A stretch of DNA of 64,000 bases from NCBI RefSeq assembly GCF_009914755.1, contig NC_060945.1; one strand, given 5' to 3'. The translations under genes were made by a program, and so were the position numbers. The notes beneath the pieces were generated by a model that did not search any database, was not told where the DNA came from, and saw nothing but the letters and a program-made list of their open reading frames with translations. Shown one piece after another: positions 33,058-46,814 of the stretch; position 1 is the stretch's first letter; each line of letters begins with the position of its first letter. Origin of the DNA: the human T2T-CHM13v2.0 reference genome, Homo sapiens.

Positions 33058-34947
33058 TTAATTAGTAACCACAGCGGCCTCAAAGAGCTCAAATGAAAGG
33101 AAGAAATGCACGTCTCTTAGTTTAAGTCAAGAGCTGGAAATGATTAAGCTTAGTGAAGACGTAAAATTTTCATCACTAGAGAGACGTCAACGCTTGGCTT
33201 CAAAACTTCAAAGGATGGGCTGACTCTCTTTGAGGACCACTGCAATTGGTGACTTTAAGTTACAGCCAATGCTTATTGACCACTCTGAAAATCTCAGGGC
33301 CCTTAAGAATTATTCAAATCTATTCTTTCTGTGGCCTAGAAATGGAACATCACAGTCTGAGTGACAACACATCTGTTAACAGCATGGTTTACTGAATATT
33401 TTAATCCCACTATTGAGACCTACTGCTCAGAAGAAAAAAAAAAAACGATTCCTTTAAAGAGATTGCTGCTTGGCCAGGTGCAGTGGCTCACACCTGTAAT
33501 CCCTGCACTTTGGGAGGCCAAGGTGGGTGGATCACGAGGCCAGGAATTTGAGATCAGCCTGGCCAATATGGTGAAACCCTGTCTCTACTAAAAATACAAA
33601 AAAATTAGCCGGGCATGGTGGCAGTACCTGTAATTTCAGCTACTTGGGAGGCTGAGGCAGAAGAATGGCTTGAACCCTGGAGGCAGAGGTTGCAGTGAGC
33701 CGAGATCATGTCACCACCCTACAGCCTGGGCAACAAGAGCAAAACTACGTAAAGGAAAAAAAAGAAAAAAGGAAAAAAGATTGCTGCTTATTGACAATTC
33801 ACCTAGCTACCCAGAAGCTTAGATGGAGATGTACTTGGAAATTAATGTTATTTTCATGGCTGCTAATACAATATCCATCCTTTAGCCTGTGGATCAAGGA
33901 GTGGTTTTGACTTTCAAGTGTTTTTATTAATTAATAATTGCATTTTGTAAAGGTATAGCTGTCATAGATAGTGATTTCTTTGATGAATCTGGATAAAAAA
34001 CTGAATTGAAAACCTTTTGGAAAGATTCACCATTAATCCTTTCATGATATTTTAACCTCCCGTGAATCACAAATGTCCTTAATAACAACCCTTAAATTCC
34101 ATTAAGGACATTTGTGATTGATGGGGGGAGGTTGAAATATCAACATTAACAGGAGTTTGGAAGAAGTTGATTCCAGGCCTCATGGATGACTTTGAGGGCT
34201 TGAGATGTCAGTGGAGGAAGTCCCTACAGATGTGGTAGAAATCGCAATACAACCAGAATTAGAATTAGGGCCTTAAGATGAGATTAAATTGCTCTGAACT
34301 CATGATGAAACTCGAACAAATGGGGAGTTGCTTCTTATGGACGAGCAAAGAAAATATTTTCTTGAGGTGGAATCTACTCCAGGCGGAGATGCTATGAACA
34401 TTGTTGAAATAACAACAAAGGATTTAGAATATTCCATAAACCTAGTTGATAAAGCAGCAGCAGGGTTTGAGAGGGTTTATTCCAATTTTGAAGGAAGTTC
34501 TACTGTGGATAAAATGTTATCAAACAACATCACATGCTACAGGGAAATCTTTTGTGAGAGGAACAAACTTCGTTGTTTTAAGAAATTGACACAGGCATCC
34601 AACCTTCAGCAGCCCCCATTCTGATCAGTCAGCAGCCATCAATATAGAGGCAAGACCCTCACCAGCAAAAAGATTATGACTTGGTAAGGCTCAGATATTC
34701 ATTAGTATCTTTCAGCAATGAGGAATTTTAAGTTAAAGTATGTACATAGATTTTTAGACTTAATGCGGTTACTAATTAATTAACTAATTGATAATTAATT
34801 ATTAAATACTCATTAGACTACAACATAGTTTAAGCATAACTTTTATAAACACTGGGAGACAAAATGTTTATGTGACTAACTTGATTGTAACATTTGCCTT
34901 ATTGCGGTTGTCTGGAACCAAACCCACACTATCTCTGAGTATGCTTG
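33058..34947 (+). mobile_element. Tigger1 DNA transposon, 5'-truncated with an internal deletion near 33158
   Basis: 'gaaaggaagaaatgcacgtctc...gaaatgattaagcttagtgaag'; ORF 34328-34624 [30 protein letters not shown]; 3' TIR ...tatctctgagtatgcttg followed by TA. Confidence 0.92.
33472..33777 (+). mobile_element. AluS inserted in Tigger1
   Basis: Full dimer; TSD agattgctgctt at 33460-33471 and 33778-33789. Confidence 0.95.
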
Positions 34948-34951
34948 TAGG

Positions 34952-35578
<627 letters not shown>

Positions 35579-35603
35579 TGTCTGTAGTTTTTAAAACAAA
35601 AAC

Positions 35604-36450
<847 letters not shown>

Positions 36451-37747
36451 GTTAAAATTGAAAGCCAAAAATTAGAGAAATTAAAACATTACAATGTGTC
36501 ATATAGTTTTCAAATCACAAGATAGAAAAAAACATAATAACAGAAACTATAGAAAACAAGGATAGAAATAAAACGTCAGTGATACAAGGCAGAAGACAGA
36601 AACGTGCAGCCAAACATATTATTTTAATGATTATTTATATTCATTTATACTAATTTATATTGATGTAACATATTAATTTTGACTAAATGGCATTAAAGGA
36701 GGTTTGAGTAATTTGTGAGTCACATTCTGGATGAGATGACTCAATAATATTAACTCTTTACTTTGCTGTAAATCATTTAAAAATATGCTCAAATTCCAAT
36801 AAAAATTCCAAGAAAAATGTTTTTGAACAAGAAAATGTGATTTTAAATTCGTCTGTTGAGCACACACATGAGAGCCAATATTATAAAATTTACTATAAGA
36901 TATTAAAATTATTACTATTCAAAGTAAACAAATTTGAAATGGCACAAAAATAAACACATTAATGAAAGAGAACTAAAAGCACAGAAATTGAGTGTAATTT
37001 TATCTAGTAACAGGGTAACGTTTTAAATTCACAAAACAAGAGCGATTGTTCCATTTATGGTATTAAAATACTGGGTAATGATTTGAGAATATAAAATGAT
37101 AGAATTGAATCATGGTCCCACACCTTGCATAAAAGTTAATTCCAGTATTAAATGTTAAAAAAGAGAGAGAGAAAAAAAAAAATTAGATGTATGTGTGTTT
37201 TACGTCCTTGAGAATGAATGTCTTCTAAAATCAAAATTTCAAACAGAAACCTTATAAAAAGGAATAAACCTAACGTACCTAAAATGTAAATTCTTACACA
37301 TTTCAACACCAGGTAAATAGCACAAAACAAACTGGGAAAATTTTTACAACAATTATGTTACATGAAAATTAAAATCCTTATGACATGTACAATGTATAAA
37401 ACAGTATGATTACTGCTATTATTAATAGTATTATGATTACCTGGTCTTCCCACACACCAGTCCTCTTCTGGTGCCCTGTGGTGAAACAGAGCCCTCCCTC
37501 TCTGGCCACAGTGAGGGATCCAGCAGGAACCCTGCCTAAACCCACAGAGGGTGTGAGCCAAGCCAGGACATCACATACCCTCCTGCGAAATGACGCAGAC
37601 ACCCACTCAAGACAGAAATGTGGTCCCTCTCTGGGAAAGTCGCATAACAATTATTGCAGAAACTTTTTTCTTTTGTTCCCAGACACATGGAGAAAGCTGG
37701 TCTGGAAGACTGATGTCCACATGCTCAGAGAAGCAGTCATTCATAGC

Positions 37748-38975
37748 ACACACACTGCACACACCACACCGCACACACCACACCATGTGCACACGCACAC
37801 ACACCCCACACACAGACACCACACAAACAGCAGACACACCATGTGCACACGCACACACACCCCACAGACACCACACACTGCACACACACCATGTGCACAT
37901 GCACACACACCCCACAGAAACCAAACAGCACACACACCATGTGCACATGCACACACACCCCCCACACCCACTGCACACACCCCACACACACCACACCCAC
38001 TGCACACACAGCATGTGCACATGCACACACCCCATACAGACACCACACACTGCATACACCACACCATGTGCACACACACACCAGACACCACACACACTAC
38101 ACACACACACCATGTGCACATGTACACACCCCAGAAACCACACACACTGCACACACTACACTATGTGCACATGCACACACACCCCACACACAAACAGCAC
38201 ACACACCATGTACACATACACGCACACAACTCCCCCACACTGCACACACACCACACCCACTGAACACGCCACACCATGTGCACACGCACACACACCCCAC
38301 ACAGACACCACACACACTGCAAACACCACACCATTACACAAGCGCACACCCCCCAAACACACCACACAGAGACACCACATACACTGCACACACACAGCAT
38401 GTGCACACGTGCAGACCCCACACACCACACACACTGCACACACACCACACACACGAACCTACTACACACACACCACACACATACAGCACCACACACCAAC
38501 CACACACACATCACACAACCCACACATACTCCCCAAACACTGCACACGTATATATAGCACCACACACAGAGCACACACATCACATACATACGCCACACAC
38601 ACTGTGCACACACACACCACACACGCCACACACATACTCCACACACACATTCTACGCACACATCAAACACTACACACACTGCACACACAGCACCATACAC
38701 ACAAAAAACACACACATCACATACACCACACACACTGCACACACACATATCACAAGCACACCATACCACACATAGTACACATACACACCACACACATACA
38801 CCACAAACACAGCACATACACACACCATACACAACCCACAGTATTCACACGACACCTCCAGTACACACCACACACACATATACGTACCCCATGCACTTAC
38901 TACACACACAGACCACACACACACACACCATACATATACATCACACACATACATCTGCGCACACCTCACAGAGTA
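37748..38975. repeat. CA-rich low-complexity/cryptic minisatellite tract (~1.2 kb)
   Basis: Degenerate (CA)n with recurring caccatgtgcaca(t/c)gcacacacacccc in the first half. Confidence 0.95.
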
Positions 38976-40569
38976 CATACAATCCTCACTTTTAGAACTT
39001 AATTCAGCTTTTAAGGAACCTGGATAGTATAGTATTTTATTGGCGTTTGAATGAGCTAAGAAAATGCATATAAATACACACGCATAACTATGATTGCAGA
39101 AGAAGCACTTTCGAAATCACAACATTAGATTAAACCGTGTAAGTTTTTTATTGTTTTTGAAAAATCAAGTCTTTATCATTTTACTAGGAACTATTTACAG
39201 AATAAACTAATGAGATTCTTCCTGAGGTAAAAATACTTTTTGGAAAAACTTCTCCTTGATGAAATTTCACTTAAAACATCACTTCCATCGTGAAGTATTT
39301 CTTTAAGATATTTTTGGTCCCTTCCTTTTATGTGGAATCGTCAATTCAAATTTTAAAGGAGACTTTGAGATGTTTTTCATCTATTATTTTAAAAATGTTG
39401 AAGGGGTTTTTAATTCTGCCTTCAACAGAGATGGACACACCTCTGATTATGATGTAAAACTGAATAAGTTACTCTGACAGGCTTTCTTTTATGCAGCGCA
39501 GCTACCATCATTATTAATAAGGATTGAGTTCTTTTACTCCATGCACAATCTGTATTCCCTGCTTTACAAAGAATAGAAATCTAATTCTCACTATGAAGGC
39601 AGATAAAAGTAATCACTTCAACCTACAGATGACTGAATCATTTACCAACGCACTCAGACTTTAAATAGCATTTATCCAATGTGTCTACATTTCTACACAC
39701 ATTCATATGAAGAACATGTAGTTTAAATCATTGCACAATTTATGCTTTTAATGAGTTGTGATGGTCATTAATATTTTTATTACATTTCCCCAAAGGTGGG
39801 CTACTTACTGTTATTATTTTCAGTTAGAAATATAGATGTATTTTCTATTTTTGATGACTTTAAACATAATCCTTGGAATATAATATCTGTGTGTAATATC
39901 TGTGGAAATCATGAAAATAATATTCAAATAGTATGCATTTTTTCCAGAATGAAAATTTCCTCTACAATAACATTCATCTTTTTTTTCCTGATGGGCATAT
40001 AAAAGTCAACATTTGTAACATTGCTGGACATTATTTACATTAAACATGCATCAGCTTCAGGTGTTGCAGAAACTGGGCAAGAGGCCACAAGGTACACAAT
40101 ACACACACACGCACAAAACTTGTATTATTATACTTACCTAAGTGTCTAAAGAGGTGGATAAATATATTAGATTACTCTAGAGCAATGATTTTTGTGGGGC
40201 CTATTGGAAAATATGACTGTAGTTTGAGTGAGATTCCTCTAAGAGATTCAACTTGGCCACTATTTATTGAGTATTCAATTTTAAAAATACTAACAAAGGC
40301 TTATGGGATGAAAATTTCCATCTAGATCTATGGGAAATGTGTTACTAGATGCTGTAGTAAAAAGACTAGTGTGGTAATTGTAAAATATATCTAACATCTA
40401 AACCTTTGTTTGTTTGTTTTTTACCTGAAATCCTTATGGGGGTGATTGTGTATATCAATTTGAATCTTCCCATCAACAAGATACATAAATAAATAGCCAG
40501 CCTACCTCTATAAGTTAATAATTTAGTTCACCTGCTCTATATTTTGAGGGCAGTTCTTCTCTTCCTTTG

Positions 40570-42423
40570 ACATGCACAAGATTCACCAGGGGATCTTATT
40601 AAAATGCAAACTCATAGACCACGCTTTGACTAGCTAAGATAAGGGGTCAGAGCATCGAAATGAGTGTGTAGGTGACTGTGCTAAGATCCTCCTGCTCATT
40701 TGGGCACTGGCTCATCATACAAACAAAGCTTAGGACCTCTAGTCCTTGCTGGAAAAGAAACACACATACATAGGATGTGACTGTGCATATGGAATATCTG
40801 TTGTGTTCTGGACATTGTGCTAGACAACAGAGATAAGAAGTCAAATAATCTCTTCTCTTTATCTGAAAGGAGCTTCATACACAGTGGCTTCTGGATGTCT
40901 CTGAAACCGGGTTCACTTTCAGATTTGATTATTATATTTATGATTTGACATTGGCATTGAACCCCATGAGGTGATAAATTTTTCCAGAACCTGCCAGAAC
41001 AACTGGCTTTGCTCTCAGCATCAGGAAGCCACTGGCACATAAATAATTCATTTATGTTTGTATTTCACCAGACAGGAACAACTTGAGCTACTTTTCTAGC
41101 CACATTCGTTTATAGCTGTTTTTGTTTTTTGTTTGTTTGTTTGTTTTTTTAAGACAGGGTCTCACTCTATCACCTAGGCTGGAATGCAGTGGTGTGATCA
41201 GAGCTCACTGCAGCCTCACCTTCCAGGCTCAAGCAATCCTCTCACCTCAGCCTCCTGAGAAGCTGGAACCACAGGCTTATACCACCATACCCAGCTAATT
41301 CAATTTTTTTTTTTTTTTTAGAGACAGGGTTTTTCCATGTTTCCTAAACTTGTCTCCCACTCCTGAGCTCGAGCAATCTGCCTGCCCCAACCTCCTAAAG
41401 TGTAGAGCTGTGTTTTTAGTCTTTTTTTGAGCTGTTTTACAATCCAGTGTTGAATTGATAAGTTTGGATTCACTCTGATATTTGCAGATTTAACATCCTA
41501 CTTCACAAGATGTTCATAGCCTTGAACCATTACAGCCGCTGCCTCATCCATCTCTGCTCATATCCTTGATCCAATACAACAGCCACCTCTTCCATCTATG
41601 CTCATAGCCTAAACTAATAGAAGCCAGAGGGAAGAAATGGAAGCCAACGTGAGTCCAGAACACACGTTTTATAAGAGCATAAGAAATTTAAAAATAGCAA
41701 AGTATAAAATGAAGTTTGTAATAGATGTGCATGGCTAAAATTTATTCTTATATTAACCAATATATTCTATAAATTGGGAGAAAATATTAAACACATGAAA
41801 AGTAAGGAACTTTCATCATTAATATATAATTAATATGACAAGAATGTGGTTTATGTTTTTATCTTTACAAGATTAAGGAAAATTTGGTGGAAGGAAGAAG
41901 AATGTATAATCATGGGGAGCGTGTATGATACTGGAGGGAGCCTTTTGACAACGGGGAAATGGCATCATGAGATATACTATGGTCATAGCTATGTAGGAAC
42001 ACAACTACCTGTGGTCTCCCCTGTCAAATCCACTGGGCAGTGTTCAATTACCAACATTGAGGTAGAGCTCACTCTCCCAGGTCAGAAGAGAAAATATATA
42101 CTGCAGTCAGAATCCACTGAGTAGGAAGCTCCTTTCAGATAGAGGCAAGGGATATTTGACTTTTTATCTCTAGTGTCTAGTACAATGTCCAGAACACAAC
42201 AGACTTTCCATATGCACAGTCACATCCTATGTGTCTGTATTTCTTTTCCAGCAGGGACTGGAAGTCCTAAGTTTTGTTAATATGGTGAGCCAGTGCCCAC
42301 ATGAACAGTAGCATCTTAGCACTGTCACCAGGACATCAATTTAAATGCTCTTATCTTAGTTAGTCAAAGTGTGGTCTGTGAGTTTGCATTTTAATAAGAT
42401 CCCCGGGTGAATCTTGTGCATGT
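40570..42423. repeat. Inverted duplication, ~305-bp arms (40570-40876 and 42125-42423)
   Basis: e.g. cataggatgtgactgtgcatatggaa in the left arm versus ttccatatgcacagtcacatcctatg in the right arm; colinear along both arms. Confidence 0.92.
41119..41402 (-). mobile_element. AluJ
   Basis: agacagggtctcactct...gctcactgcagcctc...aggctcaagcaatcctc; slightly 5'-truncated. Confidence 0.9.
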
Positions 42424-42720
42424 TACAGAGGAAGCACTGTCCTACATCACATGTGACAGGCTCTCATAGTCACCATCATCACGGGAATCTTGTGCATGTT
42501 ACAGAGAAGTGCTGTCCTACGTCATATGTAACAGGCTCTCATAGTCACCATCATCACAGGAATCTTGCGCCTGTTACAGGGAAGCACTGTCCTACATCGT
42601 ATGTGACAGGCTCTCATAGTCACCATCATCAAGGGAATCTTGCACACGTTACAGAGAAGCAGTGTCCTACATCGTATGTGACAGGCTCTCATAGAAACCA
42701 CCACCCTGGGAATCTGCATT
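42409..42720. repeat. 75-bp minisatellite, ~4.1 copies
   Basis: gaatct unit starts at 42409, 42485, 42560, 42635, 42710. Confidence 0.95.
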
Positions 42721-42724
42721 TAGA

Positions 42725-42955
42725 GCATTTAATTATATGGGCTCTGAAATCAGATGACTTAGGTTTAGACTTCCTTCTACTTCTTACTAAGCAGAGAACT
42801 CTGGGGTGAAAACTTTACGACGCTGTTTTATCACGTCCAAATTGGAGGCACGGGGAGATTATAACATTGTGCATAGAATATTGTTTTACATATAAAATAA
42901 AATAGTACATAGGAAGCTTCTGCCATGCACTAATTGCACAATAAATATTAGTTAA
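42725..42955 (+). mobile_element. MIR-like fragment
   Basis: 'gggctctgaaatcagatgacttaggttt...cttctacttcttacta...' resembles the MIR core. Confidence 0.5.
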
Positions 42956-45567
42956 CAGTAACTCATTTAGTCCTAAGAAGAGGTCTATAAATTTTTACAC
43001 TATAATTTTTTGTGACTACCCAAGTTTCTATAATTAATGTAGATTTAAAATCAAGGAATGTTTTTACGTGTAGTTGGCAACCAATATGACATGCCAAAAT
43101 TATATGTAAGTATTTTATTTTTCGTGGGGATATAAGAAATTTGCCATCAAAAGAGGGAAAATAATCTATGTTTGCAGACTCCAGAAAGCTGTCACTCACC
43201 TGAGTTTGCAATTTCTGTCTGGGGGAAAAGAAGAGAAAGTTGACTGTGAAAATAAGCATTACCATAGAGTCTTCTCTATGACAACATCAAAAATGAAAGC
43301 TGAGTCTCGTCTTCCTAACAATCTGCAAAGACAAGTGAAACACAACCTACTGAGCATCAAGTTAAAGAAGGAGTGAATTTGAGTGGCACAGGAGGAAATC
43401 ATGTCTTTGCCACTAGGGAAATAAATATGACCCCTGTTCCTCTGCCCTCCTCCGAGGCTAAAGATGGGTTAAATATCAGTGCCTGACCTCAGATAATGGA
43501 ATGAGCAAAAAAGCTATAAAATGCATGCACTACATAATTAAGAGGGTGGGAAGGGATTTTTTAAAAAAGGCAATTCCTAGTTGGGTTCCTTCCTGTTCAC
43601 GTCATTGGTGAAGAAATTAGTCTTGCCCTAGAATTCTAGGGATGGCTGCAGACACAACAAACACTGAGTAGACGAAATTCACCGTAACTTATTCATCGCG
43701 CATACTCAGCCCAACAGGGGATGACACTGCATCTGTGCAGGTCTACCCGGGGGTTCACTCTGGAGCACAGGGTGCGGGAGGCAGGCTTGGTAGAAATCAG
43801 AGGGTGGGGTAACCCCTTGTCCCTTGAGGGATGTGCTTGACTAATTCAAAGAGTTTAGCAGTCTGTTGGGGGCATGAAAGCCATTAGGCTGAGGACCTGG
43901 TGGGATGCAGCATGAAATTTTAGGTGTCACAGTACAATTGACCCTGATGCTTTAACATCAGACATTTATTTTAATGATGACTAATATTTTGAGAGGCTGA
44001 GAGAAGGCTGTTGAGACATTGTAATAAATGCTTAGGGGCATGAGACATTAGGAAGGCCACAATTATGAGTAATGAAATGTGGAGGCTGATGAGAAGCTAC
44101 TGCTCCCATTTGTTTAGCAGGAGGCAGGAAAAGTGATCTGGGGTCTCTGGCAGCACAAGCGTGTGGTAAATATTTGGGTGACGTCATGCATCCCCCATGC
44201 ATGGGTTTTCATGTCTCCAGTGAGCTGTTGGGCAAGTCTGATATTACTGATCCACACGCAGCAGGCAGCTTCCTGTATGGAGCTACCTCCACCCCTTGGA
44301 CAGTTCAGGACTGAAAGATTGTCAAAAATGTGAACTCCTTGATGTCCAGTAAAGGCAACTGAGGGAACTGTCTAGCATTGGTGTAAAAAGTGCACTTTCC
44401 TAAGGAGCATGAACTTAGAGTTATCAAAGCCTGTGGCAATAGTGGAATCCAGCAGGGCATCCACTCGCTGCTTTGTACCTTAAATAGGAATTCTTTGAGG
44501 AGCTCAGTGTATCTCTCAACTGAAGCAGCTTCCTGCAGCCTACAGGAGCAGTGGAAGCTCTGCTGGACACCTTCTTCACAAGCCCAGCACTGTGTTTTCT
44601 GATGAAATGTTGCTTTGGTGACCATCAGTAGTGTCTGGAACTCTGCAAGGGATAAGGAGTGTCCCTGTGAGATCTGTACCGTGTCCTTAGTTAAAATAAA
44701 GGCATCTGTTACCTTGATTGGTATTCTGAGTATCCATGAGACAAGAAGTGTATTTAATTCAATGGGGAGGGAAGCTGGACAATTCTTGGCAATTGTCAAA
44801 AAGTTTGTAAAAAGGTACAAGTGGGGTTAATTGTTGGCCCAGCATCAGTGCTATGATGACCACCTCAAGTTTGGCCAGTTGTGCTGAGGCTTGTGTGTCA
44901 TCCTTTATCAGGGACATCCTAGCTAAGGGAGGGAAAGCAGCAGAATCCCACTGAGCTCCATCACATCTGATCATGGCATCCATTCAGAAGGCTGACAAAC
45001 TTCACTGCTGGTCACTCAGTCGATCCCAAGGGCCTCGCAGAGGGGTGACATCTGGCACCACAGTCTGAGGATGAAGGAGGCCAGTGTCAGCACTGTAGCC
45101 TAAGGATGAAGGAGGCCAGTGCTTCCTGCAGATGAGAATTGCATCGTGTAAAGATTTGACTCCATTCGGAGGCAAGGAGGTCACTGCAGCTGTGCCAAAG
45201 CTGTGGGGTGCTGCTTCCCAAGGCCTGATGGCCAGATGGGCATGAAGGCTCATGGACATGGATGCAGAGCCCTCTGTTTCAAGGGTCCAGTATGTGGCCA
45301 GCAATCACTGCCCTGATGCTGTACAGCACAGGGTCAAAAGAGGCAGGTTTGTTTTTTACATCAGAAGCCCATGGATGACTAATGGCCACCACATGCAAAC
45401 CAGATACTTCGGAGGCATGGGAAGAGGTTGCTAAAGCATCTACAGTGTGTTCTCTGATGGAATTCATAGGAGCGCCTGTTAATTTAAATTCGGATGGATT
45501 CCAGACTTGTTGGAGGAGGCTTCATTCAAGGTGGGTCAGCTTTCAAGTGACAGCATCAGCGAGATTA

Positions 45568-45925
<358 letters not shown>

Positions 45926-46384
45926 AATTAAAGAATGTTGGGCTTGTATTAACGTTGTGGATGCTGAGAGGATGAATAACTATTTCTTGAAACTGTCAGG
46001 AATAGAGCAGCCCCAAGTTTACCAAGGAATTTTCAGGAATTGAAGCAAAGTGGCAGGGCCTTGCACTACTGTGTTGGGGAAAGGTCCATTCCCTTTGTAT
46101 AAGGCTCTTTGTGTCTGTGTATCTTCAGTGTGTAAAATGAATTTTCTCTGAGAATGATGTCATCAGTATAATGTCACACCTGTACTCCTGTAGAAAGGTG
46201 GCTGCAGTGAGATATTGTCTGTGAAGATTGCATGCAATGACGAGGCTGCCAAGGCACTCCGTGTGTTACCTGGTCCCTTCAGAGATGAAGGCAGGCTATG
46301 ACTGCGACTCTGTTAAAATAGGCCCAAAAAGATCATGTTAGCTAAATATATAACAACAAAATATTTCCAGTTGCATGAATATAT

Positions 46385-46808
46385 ATAGGTTTATTATAAG
46401 GAATTGGCTCATGTAGTTATGGAGGCTCACAAGTCCCATGACCTGCAGTCAGCAAGCTGGAGACCCAGGACTGCCAATGGTGGAGTTCCAGTCCAAGCCT
46501 AAAGTCCTGAGAACCAGGAAAGCTGATGGCATAAGTTACAGTCCACGTCTGACTTCAAAGGCGAGAGAAGATCTATGTCTCAGCTCTGAAAGCATCAAAG
46601 AGAGTGAATTCTCTCTTCCTCTACCCTTGTGTTTTATTTGGGATTTAATGGATTGGATGAGGCCCGCTCACACTGGGAAGGGCAACTACTTTACTAATTC
46701 TACATATTCAAATGTTCATCTCATCAAGGAACACCCTCACAGACACATCCAGAGTGTTTAACCAAATATCTAGGCAACCCAACTTGGCAAATAAAATTAA
46801 CCATCATA
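46385..46808 (-). mobile_element. MLT2 (HERV-L LTR) fragment
   Basis: 'tattataaggaattggctcatg...ggaggctcacaagtccc...caagctggagacccagg...aaaattaaccatca'. Confidence 0.85.
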
Positions 46809-46814
46809 AGGTGA

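Noticed and set aside
37406-39002. Long His/Thr-rich and Cys/Val-rich ORFs (up to 470 aa) on both strands
   Set aside because: Artefact of CA-rich sequence that lacks stop codons
42414-42809. 131-aa ORF with HSHHHH/Cys 25-aa repeats, suggesting a metal-binding protein
   Set aside because: Consequence of a 75-bp (multiple-of-3) minisatellite; starts at TTG; no gene context
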